Below are positions 16,685 through 25,769 of a stretch of DNA of 64,000 nucleotides, one piece after another. The notes beneath the pieces are model-generated. The model was given only the letters and a program-made list of their open reading frames with translations, did not search any database and was not told the DNA's origin. This DNA comes from Candidatus Flemingiibacterium sp. (GTDB taxonomy: Bacteria; Bacillota; Clostridia; Oscillospirales; CAG-272), in contig JAZTWV010000047.1 of NCBI GenBank assembly GCA_045636145.1, positions 11,101 through 75,100 of the forward strand, written 5' to 3'. The position numbers were made by a program, and so were the translations under genes. How positions within the stretch are numbered: position 1 is the first letter of the stretch; each line of letters starts with the position of its first letter.

Positions 16685-17407
16685 TCAGATTACCTCCTTT
16701 ACTTCCGCGCTTTCAGTCACGGTGATATCTTCTTTGGCAGTAAGCTCTGCTTCATTTTCAGCGGCTTTGATTTCGAGCGCCTTCTTCTTATCGTTTTCCT
16801 TTTTGGCGTTCATGATCTTATTCATAAGTGCAATGAGGAATCCGAGAGACAAAAATGCACCGGAGGGCAGAATGAAAATGATTGCCGGCTCAAAAAAGTC
16901 GGGCATTATCCGGAATCCGCAGAAAGTACCCGATCCGATGATCTCACGAACAGATGCAAGAAGTGAGAGCGCAAATGTGAATCCAAGACCCATCGCAAGA
17001 CCGTCAATGGCGGAAGGCAGTACGGGATTTTTTGATGCGAATGATTCAGCACGTGCCAAAATGATACAGTTTACTACTATGAGCGGAATGAAAAGTCCAA
17101 GGGACTTGTCAAGGTCGGGAAGATATGCCTTGATAAGCAGCTGTATCGCCGTTACAAATCCGGAAATAATAACTATGTAAGATGCTATACGTATCTGCTT
17201 TGGTATGAACTTGCGAAGGAGCGAAATGAAAATATTGGAGCAGATAAGCACGGCAGTGGTCGAAAGTCCCATTCCAAGTGCGTTTGTTACCGATGTGGTT
17301 ACAGCAAGTGTGGCGCACATACCGAGAAGCTGCATAAGAACGGGATTCTTATAGAACAGACCGTCAAGGAACTGCTCACAGACGTTTTTTACTGTATACT
17401 TGCTCAT
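16685..17407 (-). CDS. rnfE: Rnf complex subunit E
   Basis: 240 aa, RnfE/NqrD-like (NPVLMQLLGMCATLAVTT), with a Lys/Glu-rich C-terminal tail. Confidence 0.9.
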   Translation of the reverse strand: MSKYTVKNVCEQFLDGLFYKNPVLMQLLGMCATLAVTTSVTNALGMGLSTTAVLICSNIFISLLRKFIPKQIRIASYIVIISGFVTAIQLLIKAYLPDLDKSLGLFIPLIVVNCIILARAESFASKNPVLPSAIDGLAMGLGFTFALSLLASVREIIGSGTFCGFRIMPDFFEPAIIFILPSGAFLSLGFLIALMNKIMNAKKENDKKKALEIKAAENEAELTAKEDITVTESAEVKEVI

Positions 17408-17991
17408 TGTGCACCTCCGTTTGCCGCAAAGAAGGTGTGGTGCGCAGTAAGCGCGGTGTTTACCGCTTCAAGGATGGCATTTGATGAGATGGTAGAACCG
17501 GTGATTATGTCGATTCCGCCATTTAATGACTCAGCACCCTTGCCGATATACTGCGAGAGGTATACGGAATCGCCCACACGGCTTCCAAGACCGGGGGTCT
17601 CCGAATGAGACACCAATTTGACGCCTGCAAGCGTGCCGTCGACATTTACGCCTACCATTACGGTCATAGTGCCGCCGAATCCCAGAGGTTCAACCTGTGC
17701 CGCGTATCCTATGGCATTGCCGCTCTCTTTTACCACATAAAGCTCTGCTATTCCGCCAATGGGGGATTCGAAAAGCTCGCTTTCGATATCTCCCGAAAAA
17801 ATCTCGGCAATAGCCGCCGCCTTTTCGGCACGGGAATTTTCCGCGATCCTGTCAACTGTGAGCGCGTTTACTCCCGAAAGCAGAATTGCGGTAATTGTAC
17901 TTATGAGAAAAAGCTTAAACGTGATGCCGAGGATGGTTTTGACATCTCCGGTGTTTGCGGATGAAGATATTTCATTTTTTTGCTTTGCCAA
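17404..17991 (-). CDS. rnfG: Rnf complex subunit G (FMN-binding)
   Basis: FMN_bind motif GLGSR...TGSTISS. Start moved to the TTG at 17989-17991, 8 nt after GGAGG. The longer ORF overlaps rnfD by 74 nt. Confidence 0.8.
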   Translation of the reverse strand: MAKQKNEISSSANTGDVKTILGITFKLFLISTITAILLSGVNALTVDRIAENSRAEKAAAIAEIFSGDIESELFESPIGGIAELYVVKESGNAIGYAAQVEPLGFGGTMTVMVGVNVDGTLAGVKLVSHSETPGLGSRVGDSVYLSQYIGKGAESLNGGIDIITGSTISSNAILEAVNTALTAHHTFFAANGGAQ

Positions 17992-19069
17992 CCTTAGCAC
18001 CTCCGAATCTTGTGGGTTTGGTGTAGCGGTCGAGATACCATACAAGAAGATTCATAATGAGTATCGCGAAGGAAACACCCTCGTTATAGCCTCCGAAGTA
18101 TCGGATGAAAACGGTGAGCGCACCGCATCCTATACCGTATATGACACGTCCCTTATTGGTTATAGGTGAAGTTACATAGTCTGTTGCCATGAAAATTGCA
18201 CCGAGGAACAGTCCGCCCGAAAGGATCTCGTAAAGCGCAAAATCAAGGGTAGGCGTGCTTTGCGGGAAAATATAGGAGAGCAGAAATACAGTTCCTATGA
18301 ATGACACAGGAATGTGCCATGTAATGACACGGCGTACCAGGAGATATATAAATCCTGCGGTGAGCAGCAGAGCTGAGGTTTCACCAAGACATCCGCCCTC
18401 ATAGCCGAGTGCGGCATTGAAAAGCGACGTGCTTGTAGGAAGAATCCCATTTTTCAGTGCAACAAGGGGCGTTGCACTTGCTACTGCATCGGGGACAGAT
18501 ATAGCTATGGGTGAAAGCTGTGTATCGGGGGACACAAAGGTGTTAAGATGTGCCGGCCATGCAAACAGGAATACACGTGCCGCGAGAGCCGGATTGACAA
18601 AGTTTTTGCCAAGACCGCCGAAGAGCTGTTTTACCACGATTATTGCAAATACCGAGCCTACCGCAGGTATCCAGAGCGGTACGGATACAGGCATATTCAT
18701 ACCGATAAGAAGTCCTGTAACCACTGCGGAAAAGTCAAGCACCGTAACCGGCTTTTTCATAAGCTTTTCCCATATGAACTCGGACAGCATGGCGAATATT
18801 ACGGCAATCGCCGTTACTGTGAGTGCACGCAGACCGAATATGTATATGCCGAAAATAAGCGCCGGAAGAAGCGCGATGCACACATCAAGCATTATGGTGC
18901 GTGTTGTATCGGCGGCGCGGATGTGCGGTGAGGGTGTTACCGTGAGAAGCTCAGGGACAAACGCATTTTTGTCTGTATCTTCAGTTACGCTAATATTGTC
19001 AGCTACTGCTGAGGGAGCGGCAGTATTGGCGGTTATATCACTTTGAATATTGTTCTGTTCAGTCGTCAT
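17972..19069 (-). CDS. rnfD: Rnf complex subunit D
   Basis: 365 aa, RnfD/NqrB-like (TPSPHIRA...MLDV, ...FMATDYVTSP). Confidence 0.9.
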   Translation of the reverse strand: MTTEQNNIQSDITANTAAPSAVADNISVTEDTDKNAFVPELLTVTPSPHIRAADTTRTIMLDVCIALLPALIFGIYIFGLRALTVTAIAVIFAMLSEFIWEKLMKKPVTVLDFSAVVTGLLIGMNMPVSVPLWIPAVGSVFAIIVVKQLFGGLGKNFVNPALAARVFLFAWPAHLNTFVSPDTQLSPIAISVPDAVASATPLVALKNGILPTSTSLFNAALGYEGGCLGETSALLLTAGFIYLLVRRVITWHIPVSFIGTVFLLSYIFPQSTPTLDFALYEILSGGLFLGAIFMATDYVTSPITNKGRVIYGIGCGALTVFIRYFGGYNEGVSFAILIMNLLVWYLDRYTKPTRFGGAKVGKAKK

Positions 19070-19084
19070 TTTTCTGCCCCTCCT

Positions 19085-20434
19085 TTACTTGTTTTGGCTT
19101 TTTTCGCGTGCAATAAGCATTGCACGGCTGCGCTCAATTACCTTTATCTTGGTAGCGCGTATATATTGCGATATCGGAACGTGCGCAGGACAGCTGTAGG
19201 AACAGCTTCCGCACTCAACACAGCTTGTAATGTCGAACTGCTCCGCCATATCAAGCTTATCCTGCATAGAAAACATAGCAAGATAGTTCGGCATAAGCTT
19301 CATCGGGCATCCGCGCACACAGCGTCCGCATCTTATGCAGGCTATAGGCTGCTCATAAGGGTGCTCGATATCCTCGGACAACGCCAAAATAGCGGATGTG
19401 CCTTTGGTTACAGGAGAATCGATGTCCCACTGTGCAAAGCCCATCATAGGTCCGCCGTTTACGATCTTTTTCGGCTCGCGGGTAAGTCCGCCGCAGAAAG
19501 CGATAAGGTCGCGGTATGATGTTCCGATGGGAACAAGCACATTTTTGGGATTTTTGATGCAGTCACCGTCAACGGTTACAATACGCTCTACAAGCGGCAT
19601 ACCGGTTGCAAATGCGTTGTATATTGCGGCGCAGGTTTCGGCGTTGAAGATACAGCATCCCACATCTGCCGGGAGCTTGCCCATAGGAAGCTCCTTGCCT
19701 GTCAGTGCATAGATGATCTGACGCTCGTCGCCTTGCGGATATTTTGTTTTAAGTACATGAATTTTTACAAGCTCGCTGTCCGCTGTAAGCTCTTTTAGCT
19801 TTTTTATTGCGTCGGGCTTGTTGTCCTCAATTGCAATCTCGCCCTGTCTTATGCCGAAGGCTTTCAGAAGTATTTTGAGTCCGCCAATAACAGCACCGGG
19901 ATTTTCAAGGAGTAAACGGTGGTTTGCGGTTATGAACGGTTCGCATTCAGCGCAGTTTACAATGATATGCTCGACCTTGCCAAGAGCCGAATTTATTTTA
20001 GCATATGTAGGAAATGTGGCACCGCCCATACCTGAGATTCCGGCGTTCCTGACGACCTCAACGATCTCCTCTGTTGTGGTATCGGCAAGCGTTTTGCCCC
20101 ACGGTGCAATATCCGGGTGGACCTCCATGCGTCCGTCGTTTTCTATTACTACGTTTCGTATTCTTGCTCCTGTGGCTGTGCTGCGCTCGTCAATTCTTAT
20201 AACCTTACCCGAAATGCTTGAGTGCACGGGGCATCCGAGACCTGCTTCAACCTCGCCGATACGCTGTCCGCGAAGCACCGTGTCGCCAACACCCACACAA
20301 GGCTCTGCATGGATGCCTATATGCTGTGACATAGGTATTGATACCCAAGCCGGCGGTGTCATCGCTTCAACGGCACATCCGCGTGTATTTTTATGTTCTT
20401 CAACATGAATACCGCCATTAAAGGTTAATGCCAA
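19085..20434 (-). CDS. rnfC: Rnf complex subunit C
   Basis: Two CxxCxxCxxxCP clusters near the C-terminus and a GGGAxFPT-like motif GMGGATFPT. The probable start is a TTG at 20432-20434 after AGAGGTG. The ORF-track start at 20455 is also possible. Confidence 0.85.
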   Translation of the reverse strand: MALTFNGGIHVEEHKNTRGCAVEAMTPPAWVSIPMSQHIGIHAEPCVGVGDTVLRGQRIGEVEAGLGCPVHSSISGKVIRIDERSTATGARIRNVVIENDGRMEVHPDIAPWGKTLADTTTEEIVEVVRNAGISGMGGATFPTYAKINSALGKVEHIIVNCAECEPFITANHRLLLENPGAVIGGLKILLKAFGIRQGEIAIEDNKPDAIKKLKELTADSELVKIHVLKTKYPQGDERQIIYALTGKELPMGKLPADVGCCIFNAETCAAIYNAFATGMPLVERIVTVDGDCIKNPKNVLVPIGTSYRDLIAFCGGLTREPKKIVNGGPMMGFAQWDIDSPVTKGTSAILALSEDIEHPYEQPIACIRCGRCVRGCPMKLMPNYLAMFSMQDKLDMAEQFDITSCVECGSCSYSCPAHVPISQYIRATKIKVIERSRAMLIAREKSQNK

Positions 20435-20481
20435 ATGAGTCACCTCTTTGCTCAAAAATGATAAAATAATTGTATGATTAC

Positions 20482-20510
20482 ATTATACTACATTTCAGGC
20501 AATAAAACAA
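20482..20510 (-). promoter_or_regulatory. Candidate rnf promoter TTGTTT-17-TATAAT
   Basis: Minus strand: TTGTTT at 20510-20505, TATAAT at 20487-20482. Confidence 0.4.
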
Positions 20511-20609
20511 GAGCAAAAATGACGAAATTAACAAAAATATTCGCTTTAAACTATGATTTTATGCAAATTGTCAACAAAATAACAAGCCTGATATTTGTTT
20601 GACAAACAT

Positions 20610-21344
20610 TTAAATGGGAATAGCGGCAAAAAGCGGCATGAGAATAACGGTAATAATTCCGCAAACTGCAATGGACAGACCGCTCATGGCTTCCTCTATT
20701 TCTCCAAATTCCCGCGCACGGGATGTGCCGATAGCGTGCGCCGCCGTACCGCAGGCGACTCCCACTGCAATCGGATGCTTGATGCGAAACAGCCGCACAA
20801 CGCCCGATGCGATTATATTTCCCACAATACCTGTCAGAACGATTACAGCAACAGTTACGGGGACGATTCCGCCAAACTCTTCGGAAACGCCCATGCCTAT
20901 GGCGGTGGTAATTGATTTCGGAAGGAGCGTTACATATTGCTCGCGGCTGAGACTGAAGATGCGGCTGATAGCAAATACACTTCCTATGCTGACTATCGCT
21001 CCCGATGCTATGCCGCCCAGTATTGCCAGCGGATATTTCTTTAAATATGAGAGCTTTTCGTAAAGCGGTATTGCAAGGCATACGGTTGTTGGGGTGAGCA
21101 TTACCTGAAACAGCGCCGCACCCGTGCCGTCATATTTGCCATCGGCGGTAAGTCTTCCGTATATGAATATATCGGGATCAATTCCGGCGGCAATGAGAAA
21201 AACGATTATTACCGTGCAGGATATGAGAAGTGGATTTAATATCGCAAGCCGGAACTTTTTTTGAAGCTTCAGGGCTATAAGGAAAACGGCGGCGGTTAAA
21301 AAAGCACCGAAAAACGAGGTGTTTGAAGCTATATTATTTAACAT
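20610..21344 (-). CDS. lrgB: LrgB family protein
   Basis: 244-aa polytopic membrane protein. LrgB-like pattern (PKSITTAIGMGVSEE...) and overlap with lrgA. Confidence 0.8.
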   Translation of the reverse strand: MLNNIASNTSFFGAFLTAAVFLIALKLQKKFRLAILNPLLISCTVIIVFLIAAGIDPDIFIYGRLTADGKYDGTGAALFQVMLTPTTVCLAIPLYEKLSYLKKYPLAILGGIASGAIVSIGSVFAISRIFSLSREQYVTLLPKSITTAIGMGVSEEFGGIVPVTVAVIVLTGIVGNIIASGVVRLFRIKHPIAVGVACGTAAHAIGTSRAREFGEIEEAMSGLSIAVCGIITVILMPLFAAIPI

Positions 21345-21753
21345 TATCCACTTGCTCCTTCTTACTTTGGAATTTTATAAGTGCGCCCGTCACGCATCCG
21401 CTTACTGCCATTACAACAAAGGTAGACAGCGTAGCCGTTATCAGAATGGGCACAAGAAATTCTGTGCAGGCGTCGAATTTTTTAATAAGTCCCACGCCGG
21501 GGGCTACGAACATTATGGGCATAAGCGAAAGGAGCAGATCGCCGGTTTTTTTGACCTGCGACAGCTTTATAACTCCCGCAAGCAGCAGAATAAACATAAT
21601 TGTAAGACCGTATATGCTTCCGGGAATTGGCAGAGGGATAAGGTATCCAAGCAGCTCGCCGAGAAAGGATACGGCGAGGATAAGCGTGATTTGCGACAGG
21701 TATTTCATGGCTTTTATATCTCCGTATGTGTGATTTATGGACAGTGTATACAT
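21334..21753 (-). CDS. lrgA: CidA/LrgA family holin-like protein
   Basis: 139 aa with 4 TM helices, directly upstream of and overlapping lrgB. Confidence 0.75.
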   Translation of the reverse strand: MYTLSINHTYGDIKAMKYLSQITLILAVSFLGELLGYLIPLPIPGSIYGLTIMFILLLAGVIKLSQVKKTGDLLLSLMPIMFVAPGVGLIKKFDACTEFLVPILITATLSTFVVMAVSGCVTGALIKFQSKKEQVDNVK

Positions 21754-21911
21754 TTTACCATTTTATTATGTATATGTCAATAATAAGCGGTGTTTCGGGA
21801 AGAAATCCTCATATGAGAAAGCCACGAAGCCATCAATTGGTTTAAAGTGCACCAAAATGGTCGTGTTTCTTTGTATACAACGCCAAAAAATAAATAATAT
21901 TGGCTGCGCTA

Positions 21912-21939
21912 TTGACAAGAACCACAATATATGGTATCA
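21912..21939 (+). promoter_or_regulatory. nrdDG promoter TTGACA-16-TATCAT
   Basis: TTGACA at 21912-21917, TATCAT at 21934-21939. Overlaps NrdR box 1. Confidence 0.55.
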
Positions 21940-21969
21940 TTTAAGAACAACGCATACTATATATAGTGG
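21922..21969 (+). promoter_or_regulatory. Tandem NrdR boxes
   Basis: Box 1 is CCACAATATATGGTAT (21922-21937) and box 2 is ATACTATATATAGTGG (21954-21969). Both resemble the acaCwAtATaTwGtgt NrdR consensus, and the centres are 32 bp apart (three helical turns), as is typical. Confidence 0.75.
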
Positions 21970-22042
21970 TGCGACTATGAAAAATACAAAATGTGCGATA
22001 TGGACGATTTTTATAAAATACGGTAATTCAGGAGATGAAAAA

Positions 22043-24217
22043 ATGAAGATAATTAAAAGAAACGGCTCAGAGGCAGAGTTTGACAAGCAAAAAATTGCGG
22101 TTGCCATAAGCAAGGCAAACAACGCGGTGGAGGAAAGCTTCCGCATAACACCGCTTCAGATTGATCGGATAGTGGAAAGTGTGGTTATATCCTGCGAAAC
22201 ACTTGGAAGATCTCCCGGAGTTGAAGAAGTACAGGATATGGTAGAGCATCAGCTCATGGCGCACGGTGCATTTGAGCTTGCGAAGATATATATAACCTAC
22301 CGCTATACCAGAAGCCTTGTCCGTCAGTCCAATACAACGGACGACAAGATACTTTCGCTCATTGAGTGCAACAATGAGGAAGCAAAGCAGGAAAATTCCA
22401 ACAAGAATCCTGTGATAAATTCCACACAGCGCGATTATATGGCAGGCGAGGTGTCCCGCGATATAACCAACCGTATTCTTCTTCCCGAGGATATTGTAAA
22501 GGCTCACAACGAGGGTATTATTCATTTCCACGATTCGGATTACTTTGCTCAGCATATGCATAACTGCGATCTCGTGAATCTTGAAGATATGCTGCAAAAC
22601 GGAACTGTTATTACAGGCACTTTGATCGAACGCCCTCACAGCTTTTCCACCGCTTGCAATATCGCAACGCAGATCATCGCGCAGGTAGCATCCAATCAGT
22701 ACGGCGGTCAGTCCATTTCGCTTACCCACCTTGCACCGTTTGTGGCGGTGAGCCGTGAGAAGATCACACGGGACGTTAAGGGCGAGATGGCGGATATCGG
22801 CACGGAGCTGTCGGAGGATAAGATAAGCGAGCTTGTTGAGCGCAGACTGCGCGAGGAGATACGCCGCGGTGTGCAGACCATACAGTATCAGGTGGTAACG
22901 CTTCTTACAACCAACGGACAGGCTCCCTTTGTTACGGTGTTCATGTATCTTAACGAGGCAAAGAGTGAGCAGGAAAAGCGTGACCTTGCGCTTATTATAG
23001 AGGAAGTGCTTGAACAACGCTTGCAGGGCGTTAAAAACGAGAAGGGCGTTTGGGTAACGCCTGCCTTCCCGAAGCTTGTCTATGTGCTTGAAGAGGATAA
23101 TATTAACGAGGGTGCTCCTTACTATTATCTCACAAGGCTTGCGGCGAAATGTACCGCAAAGCGCATGGTGCCGGACTATATTTCGGAAAAGAAGATGCTT
23201 GAGCTGAAAATCGACAAAAACGGTGAGGGTCACTGCTACACCTGCATGGGATGTCGCAGCTTCTTAACTCCGTATGTTGACGAAAACGGCGAGCCGAAAT
23301 ATTACGGCAGATTCAATCAGGGCGTTGTGACTCTCAATCTTGTAGATATCGCGCTGTCCTCCGAAAAAGACCGTGACGCGTTCTATAAGATATTCGATGA
23401 GCGTCTTGAGCTTTGTCACCGTGCGCTCATGTGCCGTCATAACCGCCTTAAGGGCACACTTTCCGATGCCGCGCCAATACTTTGGCAGTACGGTGCTCTG
23501 GCACGTCTTGAAAAGGGTGAAACCATAGATAAACTGCTTTACGGCGGATATTCAACCATATCCCTCGGTTATGCGGGACTTTATGAGTGCGTGCGCTATA
23601 TGACGGGCAAATCTCATACCGACCCCGAAGCAACTCCATTTGCTCTTGAGGTGATGGAATATCTCAACGCCGCCTGCCGCCGCTGGAAAGCCGAGCATAA
23701 TATCGACTTCTCGCTTTACGGCACTCCCCTTGAATCCACAACCTACAAATTTGCAAAATGTCTCCAGCGCCGTTTCGGAATCATCAAGGGCGTTACTGAC
23801 AAGTCATATGTAACAAACTCCTATCACGTTCATGTTACCGAGGAGATAAACGCTTTTGACAAGCTTATATTTGAAGCGAAGTTCCAGGCTCTTTCTCCCG
23901 GTGGTGCTATCAGCTATGTTGAAGTGCCCAATATGCAGAACAATCTGGAAGCGGTCATGCAGGTCATCCGCTGTATCTATGACAATATCATGTACGCGGA
24001 GCTTAACACCAAGAGCGACTACTGCCAGGTGTGCGGATTCGACGGCGAGATCGAAATAAGGGAGACTGACGGCAAGCTTGTGTGGACTTGTCCTCAGTGC
24101 GGCAATAACGATCAGGACAAAATGAATGTTGCGCGCCGCACCTGCGGTTATATCGGTACGCAGTATTGGAATCAGGGTCGTACACAGGAAATAAAGGAAA
24201 GGGTACTTCATCTGTAA
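22043..24217 (+). CDS. nrdD: Anaerobic ribonucleoside-triphosphate reductase
   Basis: Start at ATG 22043 (SD AGGAG), MKIIKRNGSEAEFDKQKI (ATP-cone). C-terminal Zn ribbon CQVCG...CPQCG and glycyl-radical motif RTCGYIG. Confidence 0.9.
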   Translation: MKIIKRNGSEAEFDKQKIAVAISKANNAVEESFRITPLQIDRIVESVVISCETLGRSPGVEEVQDMVEHQLMAHGAFELAKIYITYRYTRSLVRQSNTTDDKILSLIECNNEEAKQENSNKNPVINSTQRDYMAGEVSRDITNRILLPEDIVKAHNEGIIHFHDSDYFAQHMHNCDLVNLEDMLQNGTVITGTLIERPHSFSTACNIATQIIAQVASNQYGGQSISLTHLAPFVAVSREKITRDVKGEMADIGTELSEDKISELVERRLREEIRRGVQTIQYQVVTLLTTNGQAPFVTVFMYLNEAKSEQEKRDLALIIEEVLEQRLQGVKNEKGVWVTPAFPKLVYVLEEDNINEGAPYYYLTRLAAKCTAKRMVPDYISEKKMLELKIDKNGEGHCYTCMGCRSFLTPYVDENGEPKYYGRFNQGVVTLNLVDIALSSEKDRDAFYKIFDERLELCHRALMCRHNRLKGTLSDAAPILWQYGALARLEKGETIDKLLYGGYSTISLGYAGLYECVRYMTGKSHTDPEATPFALEVMEYLNAACRRWKAEHNIDFSLYGTPLESTTYKFAKCLQRRFGIIKGVTDKSYVTNSYHVHVTEEINAFDKLIFEAKFQALSPGGAISYVEVPNMQNNLEAVMQVIRCIYDNIMYAELNTKSDYCQVCGFDGEIEIRETDGKLVWTCPQCGNNDQDKMNVARRTCGYIGTQYWNQGRTQEIKERVLHL

Positions 24218-24220
24218 GCC

Positions 24221-24742
24221 ATGTATTACGGAAACATAAAAAACTGCGACGTGGCAAACGGTGTTGGCGTGCGTGTGACGCTGTTTGTGTCGGGGTGCAC
24301 CAACAGATGCGAGCATTGCTTTCAGCCGGAGACGTGGGATTTTTCCTTCGGTGAGGAATTTACCAGCACAGTGGAGGACAAAATTCTCGATATGCTGAAG
24401 CCGTCGTATATAAACGGACTCACGGTGCTTGGCGGCGAGCCTTTTGAGCCGCAAAACCAGCGTGCGCTTCTGCCGTTTCTCAGACGTGTGCGTGAGGCGT
24501 ATCCGGAGAAGGACATATGGGCATTTTCCGGCTTTACATACGAGGAACTTCGACATGACGGCTCACATCCGAGATGCGAGGCGACGGACGAAATACTCTC
24601 GCTTATTGATGTGTTGGTGGACGGACGGTATGTTCACGAAAAGCGCAATCTTATGCTGAAATTCCGCGGATCGTCCAATCAGCGTTTAATTGACATGAAT
24701 GCCACACGCTTGACGGGACAGATCGTTTTGTGGGACGAGTAA
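24221..24742 (+). CDS. nrdG: Anaerobic ribonucleotide reductase activating protein (radical SAM)
   Basis: 173 aa. Starts YGNIKNCDVANGVGVRVTLFVSGCTNRCEHCFQ. Confidence 0.9.
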   Translation: MYYGNIKNCDVANGVGVRVTLFVSGCTNRCEHCFQPETWDFSFGEEFTSTVEDKILDMLKPSYINGLTVLGGEPFEPQNQRALLPFLRRVREAYPEKDIWAFSGFTYEELRHDGSHPRCEATDEILSLIDVLVDGRYVHEKRNLMLKFRGSSNQRLIDMNATRLTGQIVLWDE

Positions 24743-24790
24743 TAAAATGTAACTGCGAGCAAAGTTTGCAAAAACAGAAACGCTTTTGTA

Positions 24791-24877
24791 AAATAAACGG
24801 CAGGAGCAAGCCCCTGCCCTACAGAATACCATAAATCTCGGTTGTAGGGCGGGGGCTTGCTCCCGCCGTTTTATTTT
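24791..24877. repeat. REP-like inverted doublet, copy A
   Basis: Arms are CGGCAGGAGCAAGCCCCTGCCCTACA (24798-24823) and TGTAGGGCGGGGGCTTGCTCCCGCCG (24843-24868). They are flanked by aaaataaa / ttttatttt and lie between convergent nrdG and carB-dapF. Confidence 0.8.
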
Positions 24878-24902
24878 ATATCAGATTCACTATTGCAAAA
24901 TC

Positions 24903-25769
24903 TTAAAGTACAACCTTGCCTTCGTAGATCTTGGTGGCATCGCCTGAGAGGTATACCGCTTCATCGGTGTAGCGAATCTTGAGATCGCCGCCCTTTAATT
25001 TAACGGTGATTTCCTCATTCTTGGGGCAGTATCCGTTTTCAACCGCCGCCACTACAGCCGCACACGCACCGCTTCCACAGGCGAAGGTTTCGCCGGAGCC
25101 GCGCTCCCATACACGCATTTTAAGTGTGTGGGAATTGAGAACCTTGACAAATTCGGTGTTCACACGCTCGGGGAACAGCGGATCGTTTTCAAACTTCGGA
25201 CCAAGCTCCTGCAAATTAAGATTGTCAAGCACATCCTCAAACTCATCATTGAACACAACGCAGTGAGGATTGCCCATAGACACGCAGGTGATACGGTAAC
25301 GGTCGCCGGCAACCTGGGTAGGAACGCCGATCACGTTTCGAAGAGCCATCTTCACGGGGATAAGGGAGGGATTAAGCTCCGCCTTGCCCATGTTGACGGT
25401 AACGTTGCTGACCTCGCCGCTTACCTTTTCATATGTGGTCTCGCGGATTCCGCTCAGCGTTTCGATGGTAACGGTTTCGCCGTTTGCCATCTTATTGTCT
25501 ACCATATACTTTACAATGCAGCGTGCCGCATTGCCGCACATCTTGCCCTCTGTACCGTCAAGATTGAACATACGCATCTTAACGTCAGCCACGTCGGATG
25601 GGTACATCAGCACTACTCCGTCGCCGCCGATGCCGAAGTGACGGTCTGCAAGGCGGATGGAAAGTCCTTCGGGATTGTCGATCTTCTGGTTAAAGCAGTT
25701 GAAGTAGATATAGTCGTTTCCGCAGGCTTCCATCTTGGTAAATTCAAGAGTTGCCTTTGAGTCGCGCAT
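24903..25769 (-). other. dapF: DapF portion of the fusion ORF
   Basis: [23 protein letters not shown] resembles a DapF N-terminus. Both catalytic Cys motifs are present ([16 protein letters not shown] and [16 protein letters not shown]). No stop codon and no SD precede the internal ATG at 25767-25769. Confidence 0.8.

Noticed and set aside
21737-22042. The ORF-track N-terminal extension of nrdD (826 aa), with analogous extensions for 30164-30319, 57172-57237, 33908-33979, 4761-4808, 15168-15221 and 17992-18045.
   Set aside because: The extensions run through promoters, NrdR boxes, terminators or the preceding gene. Conserved N-termini with good SDs start further downstream.
24791-24877. The GC-rich repeated units as a possible CRISPR array or tRNA-like element.
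   Set aside because: There are only two units per locus and they are in inverted rather than direct orientation. No cas genes are present and the units do not form a cloverleaf.
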